Positions 42,066 to 51,225 of a stretch of DNA of 64,000 nt are shown piece by piece. Each line of letters starts with the position of its first letter. The first letter of the stretch is position 1. The DNA lies in assembly GCA_050633305.1 (NCBI GenBank), contig JBOEGF010000018.1, positions 704,001 to 768,000 on the forward strand, in the 5' to 3' direction. The notes beneath the pieces are model-generated. The model did no database searches. It saw only the letters and a program-made list of their open reading frames with translations, and had not been told where the DNA came from. The translations under genes were made by a program, and so were the position numbers. The stretch comes from Nannocystales bacterium (lineage in GTDB: Bacteria; Myxococcota_A; Polyangia; Nannocystales; Nannocystaceae).

Positions 42066-42677
42066 ATGCCGAAACGAGCCCAGCCCGCCGCGCACGAGGG
42101 AGACCTCGGGGGCGGCTGCTGGGTTCAGTTGATTCCGGGGTTCGTGCACGGGCACGAGTCGGTGATGCAGACGCTTCTGGGGACGCTCCCGCTGCGGCAG
42201 GAGCCGATCACGATGTTCGGCAAGACCCATCTGACGCCGCGCCTGACCAGCTGGCACGGGGACGCTGGATGCGGATATCGATACTCGGGCCGCGGGTTCG
42301 AGCCGCTGCCTTGGGTTCCCGAGCTGGCTGAGATTCGAGACCGGTTGCGCGAGACGACGGGGTACGCGTTCAACAGCGTGCTGGCGAACTTTTACCGCGA
42401 TGGTGCAGATGCGATGGGTGCCCACGCGGATGACGAACGCGAGCTGGGGCCGACCCGAGATGACATCGGAATCGCGTCCGTTTCCCTGGGTGCGCGGCGT
42501 CGCTTCTTGCTACGACGCAAGGCCGGCGGGGAGACGAGGGAGTACGCACTGGGTGCGGGGGACCTCATGGTGATGGGAGGCCGGACCCAGTCGGTGTTCA
42601 AGCACTGGGTCCCGCGGACCAAGAAGCCTATCGGCCCACGGATGAACCTGACCTACCGGGTGATCTTGCCTCGCTGA
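42066..42677 (+). CDS. alkB: AlkB-family 2OG-Fe(II) dioxygenase (ALKBH2/3-like)
   Basis: PRLTSW, FNSVLANFYRDGAD.MGAHADDE, HWVP, RMNLTYR. Confidence 0.9.
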   Translation: MPKRAQPAAHEGDLGGGCWVQLIPGFVHGHESVMQTLLGTLPLRQEPITMFGKTHLTPRLTSWHGDAGCGYRYSGRGFEPLPWVPELAEIRDRLRETTGYAFNSVLANFYRDGADAMGAHADDERELGPTRDDIGIASVSLGARRRFLLRRKAGGETREYALGAGDLMVMGGRTQSVFKHWVPRTKKPIGPRMNLTYRVILPR

Positions 42678-42689
42678 TCGAGCTCGCCC

Positions 42690-43214
42690 TCAGCCGCCGA
42701 TGTAGTCCTTGCAGTCGTCGTTCTGACAGAACATCCCGGCCGGGCAGTGGCTGTGCTCGGTGCACTCCGACCCTGCATCACAGAAGCCGTCGCTGCAGAT
42801 CTGCGCCTCTTCGCACTCCCCGTTGAAGGCGCAGGAGACGTTGGGGACGCACTCGAAGTCGATGCACCCCTGAGCGGGGGCACATTGCTCATCCTGTGCG
42901 CAAGCCCGTCCCCCTCGACAGATGCCGTCCAGGCACGTGAGACCGTCGGGACAGTCTTGATCTCCGCCGCACGGGTTGCAGCCGGTGATGCACACGCACG
43001 CTTCTTCGACACAGATCGAACTCTGGGGACAATCGAGGTTGACCGCACATTCGGCCCCCGGCGGCAGGCTTGTACTTCCGTCTCCAGAGTTCGTGGTCGG
43101 AACATCCGAATCAGTGTCCGAATCTGAACCTGATTGCTGGGCGAGTTCGGACCGCCCGCACGAACTGAACACGAGCACGACCAGAACGCCGACGATGACG
43201 AGCCAGCGGGGCAT
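42690..43214 (-). CDS. Cys-rich repeat lipoprotein (C..D..C....C..G.C repeats)
   Basis: Lipobox FSSC; five 4-Cys repeats. Confidence 0.8.
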   Translation of the reverse strand: MPRWLVIVGVLVVLVFSSCGRSELAQQSGSDSDTDSDVPTTNSGDGSTSLPPGAECAVNLDCPQSSICVEEACVCITGCNPCGGDQDCPDGLTCLDGICRGGRACAQDEQCAPAQGCIDFECVPNVSCAFNGECEEAQICSDGFCDAGSECTEHSHCPAGMFCQNDDCKDYIGG

Positions 43215-43267
43215 CGTGGGTCAGTCCGCGCCTCGGACAGAGTCCGTGAAGAAAAGATCGCGAGCGA

Positions 43268-44524
43268 TCACGCCCCTGGCCGAAACCGCCGAACGGCGAA
43301 CCCTGGGCCTGGGCTCTCGACAACGAGGTCGCCGTCGATGAGCATGGCATTTTTCGGACTGGGGCTCCCGAATGCGCCGTGGGTGCTGAGGGCGGCACAG
43401 CACGTCTCGGCGATGGCGTGGACTTCGAGCGCATCCTGTTCGAACACCGCCCAGCGCTGTTCGCCTTCGATCGCGAGTGCAATTGTTGTAGGACCGACGC
43501 CGTCCTCGATGGGGGCGAGCGCGAAGGTCTCGAGCGCTCCTGTCCCGACGTCGAGAACCCTGACCGTTGGGCTGGAGTTGGTGGACGCTGTCGCGAGGTA
43601 GGCGCGTCCGCTATCCAGGGCAACGTCGCGTCCGCTGCTGGGAAGGAGAAATACAGGAGACTCCCAGTCGAAGACCGTGGTGCTCGACGTCGTGTCCACG
43701 TTGCGCACGAACCAGTGCTGCTCGTTGGATGTTGTGGAGTCCCGTATTCCAAGAAGCCACAAGCCTGCCTCGTCCATCTGGGCAAGAAGCATCGACTCCC
43801 CGGGGGAGAGGAGTGCGGGCCAGAGCTGAGGTTCCGCACCACACTCGTCGACTCGCACGACGTCGCTGCTGTCGGTGAGCAGCCAGGACCCATCAGCCTG
43901 CGCGAACGTGGTGGTGGCGAGCATCGGAGCAGGCACCACGCACAGCGAGTTCATGTCGGTGTCGAAGAGGTGGAGGTCGGTCTGTCCTCTGGAAGCGTCG
44001 ACCGCGACCGCGAGCCTGGTCGCGGAGGCGGCCAGCCCAACGATCGCGCCGACATCGACTTCCCCGAGCTCACCCAGTTCGGCGATGTTGGTGAACTCGA
44101 GTTCGCCCTGGGGGTCCGCGTGCAGCAGCAGTGCGGTCTGTGGGCTCTCCGGGAGCGGTTGTCGCAGTGCCCAGCTGTGGCCGCTGGTGGCGATGCTCGA
44201 GCCAAGATCCGCGAACCCCTGCTCGCGTCCGATCGTGAAGTCGATGCTCCAGTCCAGCGTGAGCTCCGGAACTCCGCACGCACAGCTCGGACCTCCGGAG
44301 GAGGACACCTCGCTGCTTGTCGTCGCGCTGCCCGTCGAGGTCGTGGACGGCGCGGTGGTGTTCGTACCGTGACTTGTGGAACTCGGTGCGCTGCCCGAGC
44401 TCGCAGGGTCTTCGGGTCCCGAAGAGTCGGCGCCCCCGGTCCCGGCCATCTCGGAGGTCGAGACCGCGGGACCGCAAGCGAGCGAACAAGCCGCCAACAA
44501 CCCCCCCCCCCGCGACGCGAGCAT
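43268..44524 (-). CDS. Lipoprotein, S/T-rich linker + probable beta-propeller; G11 tract at 5' end
   Basis: Lipobox SLAC; STTSTGSATTSS linker; beta-rich body. Confidence 0.7.
   Translation of the reverse strand: MLASRGGGLLAACSLACGPAVSTSEMAGTGGADSSGPEDPASSGSAPSSTSHGTNTTAPSTTSTGSATTSSEVSSSGGPSCACGVPELTLDWSIDFTIGREQGFADLGSSIATSGHSWALRQPLPESPQTALLLHADPQGELEFTNIAELGELGEVDVGAIVGLAASATRLAVAVDASRGQTDLHLFDTDMNSLCVVPAPMLATTTFAQADGSWLLTDSSDVVRVDECGAEPQLWPALLSPGESMLLAQMDEAGLWLLGIRDSTTSNEQHWFVRNVDTTSSTTVFDWESPVFLLPSSGRDVALDSGRAYLATASTNSSPTVRVLDVGTGALETFALAPIEDGVGPTTIALAIEGEQRWAVFEQDALEVHAIAETCCAALSTHGAFGSPSPKNAMLIDGDLVVESPGPGFAVRRFRPGA
44501..44511 (-). repeat. G11 homopolymer in signal-peptide coding region
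   Basis: C11 on + strand at 44501-44511. Confidence 0.9.
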
Positions 44525-44536
44525 GGGTCAGGCGAC

Positions 44537-46630
44537 TCATGGACTACAGAGGTCTTCGTTTTCCTCGCCGCCCTCGCACCCGGACAGCTCGGGGAACGAG
44601 CAGACGCCGTCGGGGCAGGAGTTCACAACCTCGCCGGTCCGTAGGAAGCGGTCGAGCTGCTCGTCGGCGGACGGCAACCCGCGCAGCCCGCCGTGCGGAT
44701 CGGTGCACAGCCGCATCGGGACCGGGCAGGCAGGCTCGGGCGGGAGTCCAAAGTCGTACTCGATGTACCCGATGCCTTCGGCCTCGGTGGCGGTCTCCAG
44801 GCCGAACACCTCGCGAACTCCGGACTCCACGTGCGGGGCACCGAGTGAGCGCGCCTGAAAGTGGGCCGACGCGGTGGACACGGAGTGGTCCCCGACGGCG
44901 GCGCGCATCATCAGCTCGTGGACCGGGGAGCCCTCGAACGGGTCGTCGCGCAGGTGGGGGAGGAAGCCGACGGGTTCGGAGCGGTCCCAGAAGTTCTGCG
45001 TCAACGAGAGCGCCATTTGAACGTCTCGTGGGTCTTCGTAGGTGTTGTTCGCGATCGCGAAGAACGGGTCAAACTGCCGGCTACGGGTGAGGAGGGTGAC
45101 GAATGGGGCGCCCATCACGTCGGCGGCGCCCCGGGTCACATCCGTCGACAGGGCCAGGTACACCGTGCCCAGGATGCCGCCGAGGCTGATCCCGTAGTAG
45201 TAGTTCTGCGAGGCGTCCAAGAGCGGCGCGTAGGTCTCGTCTGTTGCAACTGTCCCGGTGACCACTCGGTTGAGCACGAGGGCGTTGATGACGGCCTGCT
45301 GCGTTCGCGCGAACTGGCCCTCGTACTCTTCGATGCGTCCGCTGTCGAAGATGACCCCGAGGAAGGCCTCGTCCGGGGCGGAGAGGCCGATCCAGTCGGT
45401 CGAGTACATCGCGTACCCGTAGGTATCCATGAAATCGAGGAAGTGGTCGCGCTCGATCTCCCCGCGTTCGCCGAGCAGGCCGTGTCCGTATTGCAGCAAG
45501 GCTGCCGGGTTCTCGTCCGACGCGGAGGCCGGGATGAGCATGGTGAAGCGGAAGTCTGCGCTGCCGTTGGCTTCGGGGAGCCCGTCGTTGCCGAGGTTGA
45601 GCACCGAGACAGGTCCCGGAACATCGAGGAACAGCGGCACGGAGAACCGCCCTTCGATGTGATACGCGATTCGGGGGTCGAAGTCGGTGGTCACCTCGAT
45701 CAGCTCGAAGCCAGGAGCGTCGCCCACTTCGGCCAGCGCGACGTCGCGCATGTGCACGAGTCGCTCGGTGTTGTTGGTGTCGCTGGCGGTTGTGAAGTCC
45801 CACGCGAGCTGCAGTGTGTCTCTTTCGACACCAGCATCGCCGAGCCGGGCGAAGATGTCCGCGTACAAGGGGCGACGGCTGCCGAGCTCAGGGTCGCCGG
45901 CTTCGGTGAGGTCGCGAAGGGCAGCGAACGCCTGGGATGCGGCCAACGGCGCCCCCGCATCGTCGACAACGTCTCGGATGGCCACGATGTAGCGGCGACC
46001 CGGGGTCAGGGCGGCGGCAGGGCGAACGAACAGCGTCGCGCGGGTGCTGTCTTCGACCCGCTCGATCTCGGTGAAGTGTGCGACCCGCTCGCCGGACTCG
46101 GCGTCGAGGAGCACGGTGGGTGAGTCGGCGTCGAGCGAGGCCGCCACGTTGGTGATGATCGGGAGGCCGGCTTCGCTCGCGCCGGGCATGTGCACCATCA
46201 TCACCGAGCCCACCGAGAAACCATCGCGCGAGTCCCAAGCCGCATTCATTGGCTTGACGTCGCTCTTGCTGGTGGGCATCAGGGATTCGGAGAGCGCGAG
46301 GCGGCGGCCTGTCTGTGTGCTGTCGTCCGCGACTGTGAAGACATTGTTGGGGAATGGATAGCCGCAGTACTCGGGGACGAGGGGATCACAGTCGAGCTGC
46401 ACCCAGTCCACCTCAGGATCGGGTTCATCTACGCTCGGTCCGCTTGTACTGGACGCGTCGGCGTCGGTATCGGGGACCGTCGTTGCTTCGGTTGTTCCCG
46501 ACGTGTCGGGGCCAGTCGTACTTGTGTCCGTGTCGGAGTCGCCCTGCGGTGTCCCGCTGTCGTCGCCGCAGCCAGTTCCAAGAGCCAATGCACAACACAG
46601 CAAACCCAACCAACGGCGACAAGTGAGCAT
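44537..46630 (-). CDS. Lipoprotein with Ig-like N-domain and alpha/beta-hydrolase domain
   Basis: Lipobox GTGC; YPFPNN..DGFS; YGHGLLG, GISLGG nucleophile elbow, C-terminal DPH. Confidence 0.75.
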   Translation of the reverse strand: MLTCRRWLGLLCCALALGTGCGDDSGTPQGDSDTDTSTTGPDTSGTTEATTVPDTDADASSTSGPSVDEPDPEVDWVQLDCDPLVPEYCGYPFPNNVFTVADDSTQTGRRLALSESLMPTSKSDVKPMNAAWDSRDGFSVGSVMMVHMPGASEAGLPIITNVAASLDADSPTVLLDAESGERVAHFTEIERVEDSTRATLFVRPAAALTPGRRYIVAIRDVVDDAGAPLAASQAFAALRDLTEAGDPELGSRRPLYADIFARLGDAGVERDTLQLAWDFTTASDTNNTERLVHMRDVALAEVGDAPGFELIEVTTDFDPRIAYHIEGRFSVPLFLDVPGPVSVLNLGNDGLPEANGSADFRFTMLIPASASDENPAALLQYGHGLLGERGEIERDHFLDFMDTYGYAMYSTDWIGLSAPDEAFLGVIFDSGRIEEYEGQFARTQQAVINALVLNRVVTGTVATDETYAPLLDASQNYYYGISLGGILGTVYLALSTDVTRGAADVMGAPFVTLLTRSRQFDPFFAIANNTYEDPRDVQMALSLTQNFWDRSEPVGFLPHLRDDPFEGSPVHELMMRAAVGDHSVSTASAHFQARSLGAPHVESGVREVFGLETATEAEGIGYIEYDFGLPPEPACPVPMRLCTDPHGGLRGLPSADEQLDRFLRTGEVVNSCPDGVCSFPELSGCEGGEENEDLCSP

Positions 46631-46714
46631 ATGCGGAGTATACGGGAGGTCTCCGACGCTTCTTGCGCGGCGCTGACTATTCATGGGCCCTGCTCGTCGG
46701 TCATACTTGTGAGC

Positions 46715-47941
46715 ATGTCGGGGGGATGGTTGGCAACGCTGGCGACGCTCGTCGCGAGCGCGCTTGGGATGCCGCTCGCCGACCTCCAGCCCTCGGGCGC
46801 ACAGGATGCCCCGGCGGGTCAGACTGTACCCGAGGGCTCGGTGGACGAATCTACGCCGCCCGCTGAAGAGGAAGACGACGGGGCCTGGCGTTTCGATCCC
46901 GCCCGCTGCGACACCCAGCATGAGGTCGAAGTCCCGCTGCGGCGACGATGGGTGCGTCACCGCGTGCAGTCTCGCGAGACGATCTCCGACATCGCGTTCC
47001 GACATGGCGTCGCCCCCTGGGAAGTTCGTGGTTGGAACGTTCTGGGCGATACGGTCCATCGGGTGAAGCGAGGCGCGCGTCTGAAGATCAAGGCCGCCCG
47101 CATCCCGCCTCCACGAGAGAAGATCGAGTACGAGGTCCAGGAGGGTGATTCCTGGGGCAGTGTTGCGCGTGCGTTCGGTGCGACGCCCTCCGACCTACGT
47201 GCGTACAACTACCCGTATCGGGGAAAGATGGACCCTGGGACCATACTCAAGGTCCACGCAGACCCGATCCTTCGGGACTGGATCGCAGCCACGCCGGCGC
47301 AAGGCGAACTCGTGCCACGCGGTGCGGTGGGGGTCGGTTCGCCGGATATGGGCTCGCTCCTGGGCGGGGTGCGCATTCCCGAGGGAGAAGGCTACTGGCT
47401 CCGGCTCCCTCGTAGCGCCTACGGGACGACGTATGCTGTGACGGCGTTCCTCACCGCGCTGTCGGACTTCCGGGATAAGTCGTCGTGGGCCGGGACGCTG
47501 GCCATCGGTGCGATGAGTGGCCCGCGCGGTGGACCGTTGGGACATCACAAGTCCCACCAGACCGGGCGGGACCTCGACGTCCGCCTGCCGCGACGCGAAG
47601 GCGTCTCCCGCTACGCTGAACTCAAGGTCAGACGAGTCGACTGGGGCGCCGCTTGGGCGTTTGTGCAGGCGCTCTCGTTGGTCGACACCCAGGTGATCTT
47701 CTTGGACTACAAACGCCAGAAGTACCTGTACCGGGCTGCCAAGGCCGCTGGCGCCGATGAGGGAACGTTGAAGTCGATGCTCCAGTACCCGCGGGGGGCG
47801 TACGTTCGTCGCGGGCTGGTGCGCCACTACCCCGGCCACGAAAAGCACTTCCACATTCGGTTCGGGTGCGGGCCGTGCGAGGTCTCGTGCACCACGGCGG
47901 CGCTGACCGAGGCCGCGCAAGCCAACGCGCCCGCCGACTGA
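46715..47941 (+). CDS. 2x LysM + MepA-like murein endopeptidase (paralog of 5646-7118)
   Basis: HRVQSRETISDIA, YEVQEGDSWGSVA; HKSHQTGRDLDV, HEKHFHIRF. Confidence 0.82.
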   Translation: MSGGWLATLATLVASALGMPLADLQPSGAQDAPAGQTVPEGSVDESTPPAEEEDDGAWRFDPARCDTQHEVEVPLRRRWVRHRVQSRETISDIAFRHGVAPWEVRGWNVLGDTVHRVKRGARLKIKAARIPPPREKIEYEVQEGDSWGSVARAFGATPSDLRAYNYPYRGKMDPGTILKVHADPILRDWIAATPAQGELVPRGAVGVGSPDMGSLLGGVRIPEGEGYWLRLPRSAYGTTYAVTAFLTALSDFRDKSSWAGTLAIGAMSGPRGGPLGHHKSHQTGRDLDVRLPRREGVSRYAELKVRRVDWGAAWAFVQALSLVDTQVIFLDYKRQKYLYRAAKAAGADEGTLKSMLQYPRGAYVRRGLVRHYPGHEKHFHIRFGCGPCEVSCTTAALTEAAQANAPAD

Positions 47942-48031
47942 CGCGCAACCCTGGTTGCTCGGGCCTGGGGGTCGAGCGCATCTCATGACCTCGCCACGCC
48001 ACCTCACGGGTCTTCGGGCCCACAGCGTCTC

Positions 48032-48496
48032 TTAGTTCGCGGCGCAACCGTTGGCCGCTTCGCAGGACACGGAGCAATCGGGTGCCTCGCCGCACGTGAC
48101 CGCGCAGGCCGAGCCGCAGTCGACGATCTCGCAGGTTTCCGCGTTCTCGCAGTCGAGGGTGCAGCCGCCCTGCGGGCAAGACAGGGAACAGGTCGTGGCG
48201 TTCGTACAGACGCTCGCGCAGCCCAGTCCGCCGCAGGAGATGTTGCACGTGTCCGTGTTGACGCACTCGGTCGAGCATCCCCCGAGTTCGCAGCTTTGGT
48301 TGCACGTGTCCTCGCCCTCACAGAAGAGTGTGCATCCGGGGAGGGAGCACTGCTGGTTGACCTCGGCCGTGTTGGAGTCCGACCCGCTGACATCGGTCGA
48401 GTCGGCTTGTTCGCCCGTGGTCTGGACGATGAGCACGTCGTCCTCGAGATCGCAGCCGGATGCGAGGAGCAAGGTGAGACAGAGCCGTCGCATCAT
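48032..48496 (-). CDS. Cys-rich repeat lipoprotein (C-x5-C-x3-C-x4-C-x3 repeats)
   Basis: Lipobox ASGC; ATGA overlap with upstream gene. Confidence 0.8.
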   Translation of the reverse strand: MMRRLCLTLLLASGCDLEDDVLIVQTTGEQADSTDVSGSDSNTAEVNQQCSLPGCTLFCEGEDTCNQSCELGGCSTECVNTDTCNISCGGLGCASVCTNATTCSLSCPQGGCTLDCENAETCEIVDCGSACAVTCGEAPDCSVSCEAANGCAAN

Positions 48497-49326
48497 GGGA
48501 GTGCTTCGAGTTGCTTGCGGAGGCGGCCGGCGTGAACGGTGTTGGGGTGTGCCTCGAGGAAGGCCTCGATGCCACGCTTTTCGGCTTCGGTGCGGCCAAG
48601 TTTGCGCAGCGCATCGATACGGCCCAGTTCTGCCTCGCGGCGGAGGCCGCCTCCGGACGATTCGAGGTACCGGTCGAACTGTGCGAGCGCTTTCTTGCCG
48701 TGGCCAGCGGAGAGCTGGAGGCGTCCCAGGGAGACTCGAGCAGCGCGGGCTTGTGGGCTGCGCGGGTGATGTCGGACCAGCGCGCTGTACTTTCGAAGGG
48801 CGTCCTTGGTGTCCTTGGCGGCAAGGGCGTCCTGGGCCGCGCGGAGCAACTCGTCCGCGGACGGTACGGGTGTCGCCTTTCGCCGGGGGGGATCCACCGG
48901 CTCAACCATCTCCGGCTCAACCATCTCCGGAGCAGCTTCGGGGGGCGGCGCCTCGAGTGAACCGGCGACGGGGGAAACCGAAGGGAGCGGTGGTGGGCTG
49001 GAAGCCTTGGACGGGGCGTGCTTACGGACGGCCTCGTCGTCCTGCTGCGGAACCTCAACGTCGGGGGCGAGGGTGCTGGGTTCTTCGGCGCCGAGCAGCG
49101 CCGCGCGCCACGATGGGGTCATCAAGGCCAGGAGCACTGCGGCGGCGAGTAGAATCACAGCCGCCGCTGCGGGGCGAACCCATCGAGGTGCGGCGGGTCC
49201 CCCCGCCCCCGGGACCTCGTCGACCTGCGCCAGTGCGACCTCCAACAGGGCATCGTCGTCCATCTCCCCGGGCAGAGGCTCGTCGCCCAGGGAGGACCAG
49301 TCGAAAGAGTCGGGTGGGTTGGTCAT
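48493..49326 (-). CDS. Putative anti-sigma factor: single TM, Pro-rich linker, periplasmic TPR domain
   Basis: Coupled to ECF sigma; TM AAAAVILLAAAVLLAL; TPR-like helices ending FLEAHPNTVHAGRLR. Confidence 0.65.
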   Translation of the reverse strand: MTNPPDSFDWSSLGDEPLPGEMDDDALLEVALAQVDEVPGAGGPAAPRWVRPAAAAVILLAAAVLLALMTPSWRAALLGAEEPSTLAPDVEVPQQDDEAVRKHAPSKASSPPPLPSVSPVAGSLEAPPPEAAPEMVEPEMVEPVDPPRRKATPVPSADELLRAAQDALAAKDTKDALRKYSALVRHHPRSPQARAARVSLGRLQLSAGHGKKALAQFDRYLESSGGGLRREAELGRIDALRKLGRTEAEKRGIEAFLEAHPNTVHAGRLRKQLEALP

Positions 49327-49919
49327 CGGACGGCCTCCGGCTGGTCGGCGGGTGCACCGATCTTCTGCTCTCGTCGAACGAGCTTTCGGAGCGTGGCAAG
49401 GCCGAGTCGGAGGCGGCCTTTGACGGTGTTGGGACTGACGTCGGTCAGCTCGGCGACCTCATCGAGGGAGTAGCCGAGTGCGTGGTGGAGGACCAGCGCG
49501 CTTCGTTGCGCTTCGGGCAGTTCGCGAAGGTAGGCCTGCAGGCCGCGTGGAAGATCGTCCGAAAGCGGGGAATGGTCGCCCGAGAGGTCCGCTGCGTCTT
49601 CGACGCCGGCCTCGCTCGCGGTCGAGCGCTTTCGTTCGCGCTTGAGGTGTCGGAGCGCCGCGCGAGTCGCGATACGGGCGGCCCAGCGGTCGAGTGATGC
49701 GTCGCCCCGATACGTGTGACAGCTGCGCAGCACTTCCAGAAGCGCGTACTGAGCGGCGTCGTCCGCGTCGGCGGTGGACGCCGCCAAAGACCGAGCGACC
49801 TTGCGGACTCGTGGGAGGACCCGGCGGGCCACGGTCCCCTGTGCGGCTCGGTCGCCCTTCGATGCTCGCTTCGCGAGAGCGACGTCGAGCGACTCGACCC
49901 CGGATGGTTCGTCCCGCAT
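49323..49919 (-). CDS. ECF RNA polymerase sigma factor
   Basis: GDRAAQ, DADDAAQYALL, W..RIA, LPEAQRSALVLHHALGYSLDEVAE..NTVKGRL. Confidence 0.93.
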   Translation of the reverse strand: MRDEPSGVESLDVALAKRASKGDRAAQGTVARRVLPRVRKVARSLAASTADADDAAQYALLEVLRSCHTYRGDASLDRWAARIATRAALRHLKRERKRSTASEAGVEDAADLSGDHSPLSDDLPRGLQAYLRELPEAQRSALVLHHALGYSLDEVAELTDVSPNTVKGRLRLGLATLRKLVRREQKIGAPADQPEAVR

Positions 49920-50006
49920 CAGCGTTGCCCCCGCGATGCTGGAGCATATCTGTCCCGACGGGGTCGCGTACACATCCCCTGGGTGGTCCGGTTCGCGCCC
50001 GTCGGG

Positions 50007-51131
50007 TCAGTCTTTTTTCGCCCGGCCGAGTGCCACCTCGACCCCGGCGGCGACGAGGATGCGGACACGGTCCGGTTCGTGGCGAAACGAGTCCTCGCCG
50101 CTGCGAACCACAATGTCGGCGCGGGAGAGCAAGACGTCGAGCCCGAGGTCGAGGCCAACACGGACTCGTCTCGCCGCATGAACACCAAGCCCCGCGTACG
50201 CGATGCCGCTGGTGAACACTCGAAGCCCGTCGTCGCCTTGTTGCAGCTGCGGGTTGTTGGGGTGGAGCACCCGAGTCACGGGATCCACGGAAAATGCGCC
50301 ACCCGCAGCCACGTCGATTCGAGGAGCGAGCGGTAGCCGGGTGCCAAAGCCGAGCGTGATCGGGTGGCGTCGAACGTCGGCTCGAACCTCGCCAAGCGCG
50401 ATGGCTTGTGTTGCCACGTAGGCGTACCGCGCCCACAGGGCCAGTCGCGGGCGGATCTTCCACGTGACGCGAGCGGCGACGGCGCTCTGCCACGGCATCT
50501 GATCGGAGTAGGTGTTGCCGACGTAGCTCAGCCGCACCCAGATCGGCGCCTGTTCTCGCGTTGGCCACGCGGGGGGGGCGGGCCCGGGTCGTGGCTCGGG
50601 CACGGGGGTCTGCTCGGGCTCGGGCTCGGGTTCCTGCTCAGGCTCGGGCTCAGGTTCCGGTTCCGGTTGGAACTCGGCAGGATCGACCGGCACCATGTCG
50701 CGGACCTCGCCCGCCTGAAGCGCCAGGCCGATACTCACCGTCACGTTGGCGATGACTTCGGCAGCCATGGCATCGAGCGCGTCGCCCTCAAGGCGCCGCG
50801 TCCAAACCGCCTGGGTCGACCCCTCGAACAGATATAGCCGCATCGGTTGAGGTTCGGGGACCAACCACAAGACGTTGTCGATGTCGGTCGTCTTTAGCAG
50901 TGCCTGCGAGCGCGGGCCGAGTTGCGTGATCTCGAAACTCGCCGGGTCGTAGAACTGCAGTTCGAGATCGACCCCAGCCGTCTCGGCATGCGCGACCAGG
51001 GACGCGGCGACCCGCTCATGGCCCGGTGAGCGCGGCAGCTGGAAGCCCACCACGGGCTCGTGCTCTGCGGGCGGGACGGGGTCGGAGAGCACAAGGGCTC
51101 CCAGAAGCGTTCCTGCGATGAGGGCAATCAC
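50007..51131 (-). CDS. Secreted protein with (EP)n spacer and C-terminal beta-barrel-like domain
   Basis: Signal peptide; PEPEPEPEPEQEPEPEPE; amphipathic strands. Confidence 0.7.
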   Translation of the reverse strand: MIALIAGTLLGALVLSDPVPPAEHEPVVGFQLPRSPGHERVAASLVAHAETAGVDLELQFYDPASFEITQLGPRSQALLKTTDIDNVLWLVPEPQPMRLYLFEGSTQAVWTRRLEGDALDAMAAEVIANVTVSIGLALQAGEVRDMVPVDPAEFQPEPEPEPEPEQEPEPEPEQTPVPEPRPGPAPPAWPTREQAPIWVRLSYVGNTYSDQMPWQSAVAARVTWKIRPRLALWARYAYVATQAIALGEVRADVRRHPITLGFGTRLPLAPRIDVAAGGAFSVDPVTRVLHPNNPQLQQGDDGLRVFTSGIAYAGLGVHAARRVRVGLDLGLDVLLSRADIVVRSGEDSFRHEPDRVRILVAAGVEVALGRAKKD

Positions 51132-51225
51132 GCGATGCGCAGGCTACCACCGGTCAGAGGGGGCCGGGTCGTCGAAGCAGACGCTGTCCGGGGAAGGGAC
51201 CGCGCCTGCTCCGAGCAACGGGGTC

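Noticed and set aside
46190..47059. Apparent 870-bp head-to-head overlap of the hydrolase and LysM genes
   Set aside because: Signal peptides and -10 boxes place the true starts at 46630 (-) and 46715 (+)
48897..48930. 15-bp tandem duplication (PEMVE x2)
   Set aside because: In-frame slippage in a disordered linker; no evident significance
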